From positions 2,440-66,439 of the IMG/VR virus record IMGVR_UViG_3300032270_001329: DNA of 64,000 nucleotides. The stretch is one strand, 5' to 3'. Both the position numbers and the translations under genes were made by a program. This document shows, one piece after another, positions 25,831 to 34,837 of this stretch (position 1 is the first letter of the stretch; each line of letters begins with the position of its first letter). This stretch comes from a virus (taxonomy: Duplodnaviria; Caudoviricetes). The notes beneath the pieces were generated by a model. The model was not told where the DNA came from. It made no database searches and saw only the letters and a list, made by a program, of their open reading frames with translations.

Positions 25831-26061
25831 GTGACCACTTTAATCAAACCCAAAATCATTGGGTGTGTTGCCTGTGATTCCGGCACACTCGCTGTTGTTG
25901 ACCCGAGCCATCTCGGTGTCACTAAAAATGGGGCTGTGTCTATGCCTCCTTGGAATCTCTTTACTACCATCAATACTGAGATAGGAGACGGTGAGTTCAC
26001 TGTCCATGAACAAAGAGATTCAAATGGTAGACTCCGTCGTATCGTTATCGAGCTGGAATGA
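25831..26061 (+). CDS. Hypothetical protein
   Basis: IGCVACDSGTLAVVDP motif; TATAAT at 25796. Confidence 0.65.
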   Translation: MTTLIKPKIIGCVACDSGTLAVVDPSHLGVTKNGAVSMPPWNLFTTINTEIGDGEFTVHEQRDSNGRLRRIVIELE

Positions 26062-26342
26062 AGATCCTCAACCCAGAGCGTGAACCTAATCTCTGGTTGG
26101 AAGCAGTGCTCATGGAACTACTGCAGAATCCAGAGGAGGATTCTCGGGAAGCTCTGGAACAAGCAATCCATTGCCTGTGTTCTTGGATTGAACCAGGGGT
26201 GATTGACAGTCTGTTTGCTCCTTGGATTGAAGATTACATGAAGGTTTTGTCAGCAAATCAAAACAATCAAAGTATCGATCCTCTGCCGTATTTGCTAAAG
26301 GGTCAGAAGGAACCTTCTCCGCAATCTGGTACAGCTGCCTGA
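26058..26342 (+). CDS. Hypothetical protein
   Basis: ATGA-coupled; acidic helical. Confidence 0.55.
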   Translation: MKILNPEREPNLWLEAVLMELLQNPEEDSREALEQAIHCLCSWIEPGVIDSLFAPWIEDYMKVLSANQNNQSIDPLPYLLKGQKEPSPQSGTAA

Positions 26343-26778
26343 CAGGATCATCTGAGTAAGGAGGTCTGAACCAGTAGAACTTCTTCTCATCATGATCAAT
26401 GACCCACTCCGGATGGTACCGGTGCCACCTGGACCACGCGTGGAATTGACGCTCTGGATCCTTGGACGTGCAGTCCAGGACAATGGCGTCGCCACTGGGT
26501 ATGGTCCAGCGGAGTTTTAAGACGTGCTCAAATCCCATGCGGATGGAGCGCATACCGTTTTTACCAACCAGCTGGTGGTGAAGTGAGCGCCAACGCTTGT
26601 TCTTCCGTTTCCAAAACCAATCGTTCAGCTGGCGGTTGGAGTTGCCAATCGCAAAGCCAACATTCCACGTCCAAAATCCTTTGGAGTACTCAAACCACGG
26701 CTCAAAGAAAACTTTACAAAGCTGATCGTTGACTTTAAATGTATGGCTTGTAAACTTACGCCGTACTCGGTAAGTCAT
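26110..26778 (-). CDS. Trp-rich hypothetical protein
   Basis: MTYRVRRK..., 222 aa; tail overlaps 26058..26342 antisense. Confidence 0.6.
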   Translation of the reverse strand: MTYRVRRKFTSHTFKVNDQLCKVFFEPWFEYSKGFWTWNVGFAIGNSNRQLNDWFWKRKNKRWRSLHHQLVGKNGMRSIRMGFEHVLKLRWTIPSGDAIVLDCTSKDPERQFHAWSRWHRYHPEWVIDHDEKKFYWFRPPYSDDPVRQLYQIAEKVPSDPLANTAEDRYFDCFDLLTKPSCNLQSKEQTDCQSPLVQSKNTGNGLLVPELPENPPLDSAVVP

Positions 26779-26780
26779 GT

Positions 26781-27065
26781 GTGGAAGAACTAATTTCACT
26801 CATCCAACAGGACCCAGAACTCTGGGCCATTGTGGATCAGCTAAAAAACCAGGATGAAGACCTGGGGGATTTCATCTTGAGCATAGCTCAGATGTTGTCA
26901 GTTGAGTTCGAAGAGCTGCATCGCACGGATCTCAGCGACAAGCTCAGCGCCCTCTTTGGTGGACTGCCTCCATCGGCATTCAAGATGGCGCCTCTGATGC
27001 TCCACGTTGCTCTCGACATCTTCCTGATGCGGTCCATCCCGGATCACAACGCTGTGAGGGACTGA
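26781..27065 (+). CDS. Hypothetical protein
   Basis: 94 aa helical, GTG start. Confidence 0.6.
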   Translation: MEELISLIQQDPELWAIVDQLKNQDEDLGDFILSIAQMLSVEFEELHRTDLSDKLSALFGGLPPSAFKMAPLMLHVALDIFLMRSIPDHNAVRD

Positions 27066-27066
27066 G

Positions 27067-27300
27067 ATGCAACGCGGTTTTGTTTTCTGTAATCTGGATC
27101 AGAGCCAGGTGCTGTGCATCAACAAGGAAAAAACAGAATTTCTTTGGAAAGATGTAGAGAACACAAAGATCCTGAACCAGGCGGTCTGCTTGTCTGACGT
27201 GACAGAGGCCAAGAACATTCACAACAGAATTGTTGAGAAGGGGTTGGCAAAAAACCTTGAGATCATTAACGTGGCTCGGCTCTACAAAAAGTTCTTTTGA
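27067..27300 (+). CDS. Hypothetical protein
   Basis: 77 aa directly upstream of the polymerase. Confidence 0.6.
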   Translation: MQRGFVFCNLDQSQVLCINKEKTEFLWKDVENTKILNQAVCLSDVTEAKNIHNRIVEKGLAKNLEIINVARLYKKFF

Positions 27301-27309
27301 TTTCTAACA

Positions 27310-29157
27310 ATGAGACTTGTTCTCGACTGTGAGACAAACGGATTGTTGCCAGAATTGGATACAGTTCATTGTCTTGTTCTCCATGATTTAGATACAAATA
27401 AGACTTACAGTTGTGCAGATCAAGAAGGATATTTAAGTATTGAATCCGGGTTGGATTTGATGCAAGAAGCAGACCTATTGATCGGTCATAACATTATCAA
27501 ATTTGACTTACCTGCCCTAAAAAAAGTATATCCTCATCTTGATATCTCAAAACAAACTAATTATTTTGATACGTTAATTGCCAGTCGTTTGTTCTGGCCA
27601 GAGCTTGAACCTGTTGATCACGCCAAGTGGTCACACATTGAACCCAAATACCGTGGTCGCCACAGCCTTGCAGCCTGGGGTGAGCGACTCGGCGTGGCCA
27701 AAATTAAGTTCACAGAAGAAGCTAAGAAAGCCAATGAAGAACTGGAAAATGTGTGGGATAAATGGTCACAATCAATGCAAACCTACTGCATACGCGACGT
27801 ACTTGTGTCGACTAAACTATATGAATATATGTCCTGCCAGGATGCTGACCCGCGTTCGCTGGAGCTAGAGCATCAGTTCGCCATGGTCATGGCCAGGCAA
27901 GAGGCTTTTGGGTTTCCCTTCAATGAGAAAGCAGCCTTTGCCCTTGTCAACACGCTTAAAGCTCGTCGAGCTGAGCTTGAAGATCAACTCCAATCAACCT
28001 TCCCGCCGGTTGAGGAAGAGCGTTGGTCGGAAAAAACTGGCAAGAAACTTAAGACAAAGGTTACGGTATTCAACCCTGCTTCCAGACAGCAAACAGCTGA
28101 GCGACTGCAGGGTCGCTATCCAGAAATTCAGTTTGAATCTACGGAAAAAGGTTCTCCAAAAGTTGATGATGATGTTCTGGAAGCCCTTGGTCAAACTTAT
28201 CCAGAGGCAAAGCTTTTAGCTGAGTACCAGCTTCTGAACAAACGTCTCGGACAAATTGCTGAGGGCAAAGAGGCGTGGTTGAAACATTGCAGGGTTTATG
28301 GTGATGGCCGTATTCATGGCGAAGTTATTACTAATGCTTGCATCAGTGGAAGGTGTAGTCACAAGCGACCCAACATGGCGCAAGTTCCCAGTGTTGGCCA
28401 TGCTTTTGGAGCTGAGTGCAGGGCTCTCTTTTATGCTCCTGACGGTTGGCGTCTGGTTGGTGCTGACGCTTCCGGACTAGAACTCCGCGCCCTCGGTGCT
28501 TGGCTTGCCTACTTCGATGGAGGTGAGTACGCCAACCTGGTCAGCACCGAAGGGTTTGATATCCACACCTACAACGCAAAGCTATTTGGAATCTATGATG
28601 GACAAAATGAAATCAGCAAAGCGACCCGTGATCTTTCGAAGCGCCTTATTTATTGCATACTTTACGGTGGAGGCGCTAAAAAGACTGGGTCAATTATTAT
28701 CCCGGAAGCAACGGAAGACCAACAATACCGGCAAGGTAAAAGAACCATCGATACGTTTTATGCTAATTTGCCAGCAATTAAAAAACTTAAGGATCTCATC
28801 GAGCAGCGTATCAATGAACGCGGCCATCTTAGAGGAATTGACGGCAGACGGTTACAAATTCGTTCTAAGCACTCGGCACTCAACCAACTACTGCAGAGTA
28901 CTGGAGCTGTAGCCGTTAAGAAAGCTACCTGTATTCTCTATGATGACTTAGAAAATGCAGGACTAAAGTTTGGTCGTGACTGGGGATTCGTCGCCCACGT
29001 CCACGATGAATACCAGGCACTTGTACGTCCTCAACATGTAGAGGTTTACAAGCAATTGGCTATTGATTCTTTCCGTAAATCAGGTGAGTACTTCCAACTG
29101 AAATGTCCTTTCACTGGTGAGGCCAGGGATGGACAGAACTGGATGGAGACTCACTGA
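27310..29157 (+). CDS. polA: Family A (T7-like) DNA polymerase with 3'-5' exonuclease
   Basis: Exo LDCET/GHNIIKFD; motif A GADASGLELR, motif B RDLSKRLIYCILYGGG, motif C HVHDE. Confidence 0.96.
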   Translation: MRLVLDCETNGLLPELDTVHCLVLHDLDTNKTYSCADQEGYLSIESGLDLMQEADLLIGHNIIKFDLPALKKVYPHLDISKQTNYFDTLIASRLFWPELEPVDHAKWSHIEPKYRGRHSLAAWGERLGVAKIKFTEEAKKANEELENVWDKWSQSMQTYCIRDVLVSTKLYEYMSCQDADPRSLELEHQFAMVMARQEAFGFPFNEKAAFALVNTLKARRAELEDQLQSTFPPVEEERWSEKTGKKLKTKVTVFNPASRQQTAERLQGRYPEIQFESTEKGSPKVDDDVLEALGQTYPEAKLLAEYQLLNKRLGQIAEGKEAWLKHCRVYGDGRIHGEVITNACISGRCSHKRPNMAQVPSVGHAFGAECRALFYAPDGWRLVGADASGLELRALGAWLAYFDGGEYANLVSTEGFDIHTYNAKLFGIYDGQNEISKATRDLSKRLIYCILYGGGAKKTGSIIIPEATEDQQYRQGKRTIDTFYANLPAIKKLKDLIEQRINERGHLRGIDGRRLQIRSKHSALNQLLQSTGAVAVKKATCILYDDLENAGLKFGRDWGFVAHVHDEYQALVRPQHVEVYKQLAIDSFRKSGEYFQLKCPFTGEARDGQNWMETH

Positions 29158-29159
29158 GT

Positions 29160-29273
29160 TTATTTCTTTTTGCCGCCGTTCTTGGCTTTGTTGGCCATCG
29201 CGTTGCCTGCATTCTGCTTGGCATTTTGCTTGCCGGCGGCAGACTTACCTTTCTTGTTCTTAGGCTTGGACAC
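29160..29273 (-). CDS. 37-aa Lys-rich peptide
   Basis: GTG start; MSKPKNKKGKSAAGKQNAKQNAGNAMANKAKNGGKKK. Confidence 0.5.
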   Translation of the reverse strand: MSKPKNKKGKSAAGKQNAKQNAGNAMANKAKNGGKKK

Positions 29274-29275
29274 AA

Positions 29276-29464
29276 TTAAACTCCGCGAAGGCGAACGCCA
29301 TTGATGCGATTGATCAGCTCATCAATCTGTTTTTGCGGGACAGGACCAAGCTCACCGCGTTGAATAGAACGCAGCAGCATTTGATCTTCTTTCTTCTCTT
29401 GAGGAGAATAAGCAACCGCCTCCTGTGGTTCAGCAGGTTGCATCACATCGCCAGCAAAACGCAC
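29276..29464 (-). CDS. Hypothetical protein
   Basis: 62 aa in the minus-strand block; start uncertain. Confidence 0.45.
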   Translation of the reverse strand: MRFAGDVMQPAEPQEAVAYSPQEKKEDQMLLRSIQRGELGPVPQKQIDELINRINGVRLRGV

Positions 29465-29510
29465 GATGATTACTAACGCCTGATCTATTTTAACTGATGG
29501 TGGACTTTAT

Positions 29511-30815
29511 TTAGCGGCTTATTTCCTCCCAATCTAACGAAGCGTAGATATCGGCTCCGTTGGTGTCCGCTGCTACTGCTAACGTCAACTCAAAGGGTGT
29601 GGAGGTAAAAGCATTTCTTTCAAGCTGGAACGAGAATAAAGCCTCTTTCAAGATGTCAACCGGCGTTGATCCTTGGTTGGAGCCATTAAGAAAACCAGAT
29701 GCCAATATCCGTCCACCCGTAAAACTTGTGCCAGTAATGTTATATTCAACGGAGGAATCAGCTGAAGCACTTGTCCATGTGCCACCAGTAGTCGTTCCAG
29801 ACGCTACAACCCGCCAAGAATAGTTAGCGTTGTTGGTAATACCTAAAATAGACAAGGCTGTCAAAATAATAATTGCGTCTAAACGATTCGGTGACGCTTT
29901 TAGCCGAATAGATGCCACGGGATAATAAGTAATTGCTGTAGTTAAATCGCGTGGACTACCAATAGGCGTTTGAATTGACTGCTGAGCACCACGAAGTTCA
30001 TACCCACCTTCAGAAAGAACAGACGAACAAACTTGCTTCAGGGTACTGTTACTGGCTGTTGTTCCAGTGTTTTCAATTTCATACCTAAGGGGAAGCGAAG
30101 CAGTACTGATATAAGTAGAAGAAATTAAATTAGCGTGATGAAAAACATGACACGGAATAAATTTCCCATCAATCACGAATCCCATGCGGACAGAACCAAG
30201 CCCAAGCCACTCAACATCCATCCAGAGAATTTGGGCTTTGGTAATATTTAAAACAATCTCAGATGGACCAGTTCCATCCATCTTGTCGATATTCCAGTTT
30301 GCTTGAGCGACTCGTGTTTCTGAAAAACTACCAGAAGAAATACTGCGCTCAACAAATGATAAGGTTGAATTATTCAGCTCAATGTACATACCATTGTCGG
30401 CACCAAAATAACCGACACGTTGTCGTAATCCGGTCTTGGCCGGTGCCATGACAAAGGTGTTAAGAACTAATAAAGATTTTCCAGGTTGATAAGAAAATAC
30501 CTTGGTTGTTTCACGGTAAACCAGGGAACCGGATGTCGTTGTAACAGCAAGATCAACTAAGCCCTCACTGGCTTGGAACGTAACAGTACCTCCAGTAGCG
30601 GTACTACTGTTCCACAGACCATTGTCCCTGTAACGGTGGCTGGAATCAAAAAGAGTAAATGGATTCGAGACACGTAGACGACCAAAAGCATCAACTGCTG
30701 CCGTTGGGTTCCCGATCAGAGGAGCAGTAATAGCGACGTTTAGAACCTGGTTGTCCGGGTTTAAAACCTTGACAACTTCATATCTACAGTTGTCGTTTTC
30801 AATTACAGTTGCCAT
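29511..30815 (-). CDS. Beta-rich virion/tail-associated protein (lectin-like)
   Basis: DAFGRLRVSNPFTLFDSS...YQPGKS...LGVGSVR-like pattern common in phage structural proteins; S/T-rich. Confidence 0.7.
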   Translation of the reverse strand: MATVIENDNCRYEVVKVLNPDNQVLNVAITAPLIGNPTAAVDAFGRLRVSNPFTLFDSSHRYRDNGLWNSSTATGGTVTFQASEGLVDLAVTTTSGSLVYRETTKVFSYQPGKSLLVLNTFVMAPAKTGLRQRVGYFGADNGMYIELNNSTLSFVERSISSGSFSETRVAQANWNIDKMDGTGPSEIVLNITKAQILWMDVEWLGLGSVRMGFVIDGKFIPCHVFHHANLISSTYISTASLPLRYEIENTGTTASNSTLKQVCSSVLSEGGYELRGAQQSIQTPIGSPRDLTTAITYYPVASIRLKASPNRLDAIIILTALSILGITNNANYSWRVVASGTTTGGTWTSASADSSVEYNITGTSFTGGRILASGFLNGSNQGSTPVDILKEALFSFQLERNAFTSTPFELTLAVAADTNGADIYASLDWEEISR

Positions 30816-30820
30816 GTCAA

Positions 30821-31165
30821 TCAGCGAGCAGCAAAGCTAAGGCGGACAACAGCATCGGTGCCACCAGTCTCAGAGAAGAATCTACCTCGAAGATACTTCA
30901 CTGGACTACCGGTGATGTTGTAGACGTAGGTTCCATTCTTATGGATACAGTTTGAGATTAGCGGTCCGTAGTAAGTGCCATCGATGCTTCCCTCCAGGCG
31001 AACAACAACTTGCGTGTTGATATTGGTTACAGTTGCTACCAGAGTGTAGTCGCTCGTTGAGAAATAATTGTTCTCGTAGACCAGGACCTCTGTGGTTATG
31101 CCAGGTTGCGTCAGCTCACCCGCATTAAAAAACAGGGTGTCCTGGAAATTGGTTGAGCGACCCAC
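30821..31165 (-). CDS. Small beta-sandwich virion-associated protein
   Basis: VVRLEGSIDG...KYLRGRF. Confidence 0.6.
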   Translation of the reverse strand: MGRSTNFQDTLFFNAGELTQPGITTEVLVYENNYFSTSDYTLVATVTNINTQVVVRLEGSIDGTYYGPLISNCIHKNGTYVYNITGSPVKYLRGRFFSETGGTDAVVRLSFAAR

Positions 31166-31233
31166 TCTTAATACTCTTTTCCTCTTGCAATTTTAGCTCC
31201 AGTCAGTACACTACCCTTGCTTTTGCACTTCCC

Positions 31234-31407
31234 ATGGAACCCCAGCGCCTCCGCGACATCAAAAAGTCCCTCAATGAGATGACCCTAGAAGAGCTTCAGG
31301 AGATGAGTGACGATCTCAGCAGGCTCATTTCTGTCTTAATGACGCGCCAGGTGGCGATTGAAGATACAATCCTGGACATGTTGGAAGCTGCGTTCGCTAA
31401 GAAGTGA
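31234..31407 (+). CDS. 57-aa coiled-coil protein
   Basis: MEPQRLRDIKKSL..., TTGCAC leader. Confidence 0.55.
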   Translation: MEPQRLRDIKKSLNEMTLEELQEMSDDLSRLISVLMTRQVAIEDTILDMLEAAFAKK

Positions 31408-31859
31408 TGACGGTTGATGAGGAGAAGTGGCACATCCGCTTCATGAAGTTGGCGCTTGAAGTTGCGTCCTGGAGTAAAGATCCAAGTACACAAGTTGGTT
31501 GCGTGCTGGTAAGAAACAAAAAAGTTCTCAGCACTGGCTACAACGGTCTGCCCAAAAACCTGAGTGACAGTCTTGACATCCTCCACGACAGGGAAAAGAA
31601 GTATGAACTCACAGTCCATGCTGAAGTCAACGCTGTTACAACCGCTGCGCTTCATGGGATCAGTACTGAAGGGGCTACTGCTTACGTCACTTTCAATCCA
31701 TGCAGTCGCTGCGCTGCTGTACTCATTAACGCTGGTGTTACTTCCGTCTATAGCTATGGCGGATCCACCATTCCCACCCGCTGGTTAGAAAACTTCATCT
31801 TGGCTTCCAGAATTCTTGCTGAAGCCGGTGTAGATTACAGCACAATCAACGTTTTCTAA
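31407..31859 (+). CDS. dCMP deaminase
   Basis: SKDPSTQVG, GYNG, HAEVNA, PCSRC. Confidence 0.92.
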   Translation: MTVDEEKWHIRFMKLALEVASWSKDPSTQVGCVLVRNKKVLSTGYNGLPKNLSDSLDILHDREKKYELTVHAEVNAVTTAALHGISTEGATAYVTFNPCSRCAAVLINAGVTSVYSYGGSTIPTRWLENFILASRILAEAGVDYSTINVF

Positions 31860-31863
31860 CGCC

Positions 31864-32601
31864 ATGAACTCGTTCATCGCCACCGGGGTCTACGCCGGGG
31901 AGAAGTTTACAGACAGTGGACTGCGCTTCATGCACCTCAACATCCCCAAGATCGGGAAGAAAGGTGATGAGGCTCCGGTCCTGGTGGTTCCCAACCGAGC
32001 TGCGGGTGAAACTTTTGATGTGTTCCAGCCAGGGGCCAAGCTTCTGGTGGGTGGTCGCTTGTATCCGAATCGCAAGGATTACAAGATGTATTTGATTCCA
32101 AATATGCCCATTCAGTTGGCGGGTGATGTAAACATTAACCGCATCAATCTGTCTGGCGGTGTTGGATTTATTGCTGATACTTCCATTGAGGATTTGTTCA
32201 GCTTTACGCTAATGTGTTCGGCTCCTAATCAAGCAGTTCTTGGACACAATTGGCAAGACAGCCTCAGCTTTAAGATGGAAGCTTGGGGTGAAGATGCTAC
32301 GCGTCTGCGGCAGATGTGCTCTGTTGGTAGACAAATTAGTGTTGAAGGTGTTCTTCGTTATCAAACATGGGCTGCAGAAGATGGTAGCCGTCGCGGTGCT
32401 TACCAGGTTCGCGTTCGCTCCTCGTTGTATGCAGCTTTTGGTAAGAACAAGAAGAAAGAAGAGGAAACAAATGAAGGAAATGTGACAATTAATGGGACTG
32501 CTCCCACGTTGAATGTTGTCCAAGCCAGTCAGCCAGCGGTTTCCCTGCCTCTTCAGCAGACAATCGCTCCAACCTACCGGGAAGATGAAATCCCAATGTG
32601 A
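31864..32601 (+). CDS. SSB-like protein with two tandem OB folds
   Basis: Two repeats (PGAKLLVGGRL; VGRQISVEGVLRYQTW) and acidic tail EDEIPM. Confidence 0.65.
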   Translation: MNSFIATGVYAGEKFTDSGLRFMHLNIPKIGKKGDEAPVLVVPNRAAGETFDVFQPGAKLLVGGRLYPNRKDYKMYLIPNMPIQLAGDVNINRINLSGGVGFIADTSIEDLFSFTLMCSAPNQAVLGHNWQDSLSFKMEAWGEDATRLRQMCSVGRQISVEGVLRYQTWAAEDGSRRGAYQVRVRSSLYAAFGKNKKKEEETNEGNVTINGTAPTLNVVQASQPAVSLPLQQTIAPTYREDEIPM

Positions 32602-32701
32602 TAAGCAAAGTTAATGTATCTGTTTTGTGCAAGACCCTTGCACTTTGACTAAGCTCACGTCGTGGGATCCGGGCTGCAACTAGTCACTGCAGTCTTTTCT
32701 T

Positions 32702-32763
32702 CCTCAGGTCAGTACCAGCGGTGCCAACCCGCTGTGTGGGTGCAACTCCCGCTCTGGGGACCG
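32702..32763 (+). ncRNA. D-armless tRNA-like element
   Basis: 7-bp acceptor-like stem, 6-bp stem with 7-nt loop, 5-bp T-arm with loop TGCAACT, then ACC(G). Confidence 0.45.
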
Positions 32764-32782
32764 TCCCAACGTTTTGACTGTA

Positions 32783-33706
32783 ATGTCTGTACTGAATCGC
32801 TACCTCAACACTGAGAAGTACCAGGGTGTCCTGCGTGACTTCTGCAACTGCCAAATCCTCAACGACAAGACCAAGTGCGGTCTGTTCCTGAAGGATTCGG
32901 TGCTTTCCCGTATTGGCTGGAACGGTACTCCCGATCAGTTCCCTGATGCTGAGGAGTACGACCACACCTACAACAACGGCGATAGCAACAAAGGAATCTT
33001 CTTCAAGACTCCTCGCATGGTTGTGTTGCACTGCGGTTTCAGAAAGGATGTCACCTTCATCGAGAACTCTGAGAAGGGTGGTATCGAGGGAATCTATCCT
33101 CGCGATTCTTACCTTTACGATGATTGGCAAGAGAAGAATCCTGGCAAGCCCTCTCCTTACAAGCGGCGTCGCCTTGTCCTGATCTTCCTTGTTAGCGACA
33201 AAGGCACTCCGGTTCACAAGAAACCGCTGCTCCTCTCGATCCACGGTGGTGCATCCAATCTGTTCACCGATGCTTATGGCACGTTCATCGAACAACTGGA
33301 AGCAGCCTTCGCTGAGCATGCCGGCCTTAAAGGAGGCGCTGGCTTCGATCCCAAGCAGGCTGCTGCTGCAATCTTCACGCCTACGTTCGGTTCTCAACTC
33401 TATGGAGAGAACAACAAGAGCTGGATTGCGTTCCCCAAGAGCTGGATTACTCCCACTGCCAAGAACATCGAGAGCTTCTTCCCGAAGGCTGACGATGACA
33501 TCGACTTCCTTGAAGAGGTTTGGGAGAGCTGCCCGCCTGAGGTTTATGCCAAGTCTTTCTTCCAGCAATGCGAGAAGGAGATTGGTTTCCACGCCATTCG
33601 TCCGGGTCTTGATTTCACTCTCCCGCCAGTTCAAAGCCAGAGTTCCACTGGGATGAAGGTTCTGAGCGGTGCCCGTGATCCTGAAACCGGCGAGATTGAG
33701 ATCTGA
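32783..33706 (+). CDS. Replication/recombination-associated protein (possible ssDNA annealing protein)
   Basis: 307 aa, strongly biased codon usage, acidic C-terminus DPETGEIEI, follows the SSB. Confidence 0.6.
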   Translation: MSVLNRYLNTEKYQGVLRDFCNCQILNDKTKCGLFLKDSVLSRIGWNGTPDQFPDAEEYDHTYNNGDSNKGIFFKTPRMVVLHCGFRKDVTFIENSEKGGIEGIYPRDSYLYDDWQEKNPGKPSPYKRRRLVLIFLVSDKGTPVHKKPLLLSIHGGASNLFTDAYGTFIEQLEAAFAEHAGLKGGAGFDPKQAAAAIFTPTFGSQLYGENNKSWIAFPKSWITPTAKNIESFFPKADDDIDFLEEVWESCPPEVYAKSFFQQCEKEIGFHAIRPGLDFTLPPVQSQSSTGMKVLSGARDPETGEIEI

Positions 33707-33726
33707 TCTCTGCTTACACGTTCCAT

Positions 33727-33751
33727 GCCGGGCCTTCGGGTCCGGCTTTTT
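33727..33751 (+). terminator. Rho-independent terminator
   Basis: GCCGGGCC-TTCG-GGTCCGGC-TTTTT. Confidence 0.85.
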
Positions 33752-33776
33752 CATGCTTTTTAATAAAGGTATCTGC

Positions 33777-34469
33777 ATGGACAGCGTCAACAGTGCCCTG
33801 ACACTCAAGTCAAGCAACAAAAAGACAGGCGAAATCGTGGTCAGCACCACCTCCAGATCCAGCTGCCCAACCACCTGCCCACTGATCGGGGAGAACGGCT
33901 GCTACAACGAAGCCGGTTTCCATACGCGTCTACATTGGGACTACATAACAGCAGGTAAGCGCGGCCTGCCTGAGCTTGAATTTATCGATGCTGTTGCCAG
34001 GCTCGAGGCTGACAGCCTGTTCCGCCACAACATCGGTGGTGACCTCTGGCACCAGGGTGGTGAGATTCGCTCAGACCTGCTGCAAAAACTGGCGGCAGCA
34101 ACCCGACATCTCAAAGCGGCCTGGACTTATACCCATCACCTCAGAAACAAACCCAACCTGCGTGCCGTCAAGATGGCAACCAACATGGGTTTTACGATCA
34201 ACCTTTCAACTGAGGTCAAATCAGAGGCAGCTTCCTTTGCCAAAAAGGGTTACCCCGTGGTCTGCGTCGTGCCTGAAGATGCGCCGGCAAAATTTGAGGT
34301 TGATGGGGTCGTGTTTCGCCAGTGTCCTGCAACCTTTGATGGTTCTCCCACCCAATGCAAAACCTGTGGTGGCGGAACTCCGCTCTGCGCCAGGGGTGAT
34401 CGTGAGTTTGTTGTGACGTTCCCTGTCCATGGCGGTCATGCCAAGGCAGCTGCTAAAGCCTGCGGCTAA
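33777..34469 (+). CDS. Cys-rich radical-SAM-like / Gp88-like protein
   Basis: SSNKKTG..SCPTTCPLIGENGCY (CX3CX7C), RHNIGGD, WTYTH, C-terminal CPA..CKTC..LC..HG. Confidence 0.65.
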   Translation: MDSVNSALTLKSSNKKTGEIVVSTTSRSSCPTTCPLIGENGCYNEAGFHTRLHWDYITAGKRGLPELEFIDAVARLEADSLFRHNIGGDLWHQGGEIRSDLLQKLAAATRHLKAAWTYTHHLRNKPNLRAVKMATNMGFTINLSTEVKSEAASFAKKGYPVVCVVPEDAPAKFEVDGVVFRQCPATFDGSPTQCKTCGGGTPLCARGDREFVVTFPVHGGHAKAAAKACG

Positions 34470-34715
34470 TTATTCTTCGTAAATTCTGGAGATGGCGCCA
34501 GCTTCTACATTGGCTAGGCGCCTGATCAAACCTCGGATTACGGCTTGCCTATGAACAGCCAAGCCAAGTAGCTTCAATGCTGCTTGCTTTAGCGTTTCAG
34601 CATCACTTACAGATTCGATATCTTTTGTTAACTTTGCTATTAAGAACTCGTCTTCTAAAGACAGACTAAAATCGTCCGGATCGAATTGAAATTCAATCAG
34701 CTCAAACTTTGACAT
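34470..34715 (-). CDS. NblA-like protein (copy A)
   Basis: LSLEDEFLIAKLTKDIESVSDAETLKQAALKLLGLAVHRQAVIRGLI follows the NblA LSLEQxF two-helix pattern. Confidence 0.55.
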   Translation of the reverse strand: MSKFELIEFQFDPDDFSLSLEDEFLIAKLTKDIESVSDAETLKQAALKLLGLAVHRQAVIRGLIRRLANVEAGAISRIYEE

Positions 34716-34837
34716 TGAGGCTGAGCATAATGACCAGTTTAGGCATGAAACATTTATTGTCAATTTTGTTATCTGTGAACACTTGACACCAGGGGAGAAG
34801 AACCTAGACTGCACCTGCGTTTTTAGCCTGCTTCCCA

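Noticed and set aside
27310-29157. Intron or intein in polA or terL despite three HNH-like genes
   Set aside because: Both ORFs are continuous and of ordinary length with motifs in normal spacing.
32684-33874. 396-aa minus-strand ORF
   Set aside because: Antisense to a gene with strong codon bias, which suppresses stops on the opposite strand; no recognisable motif.
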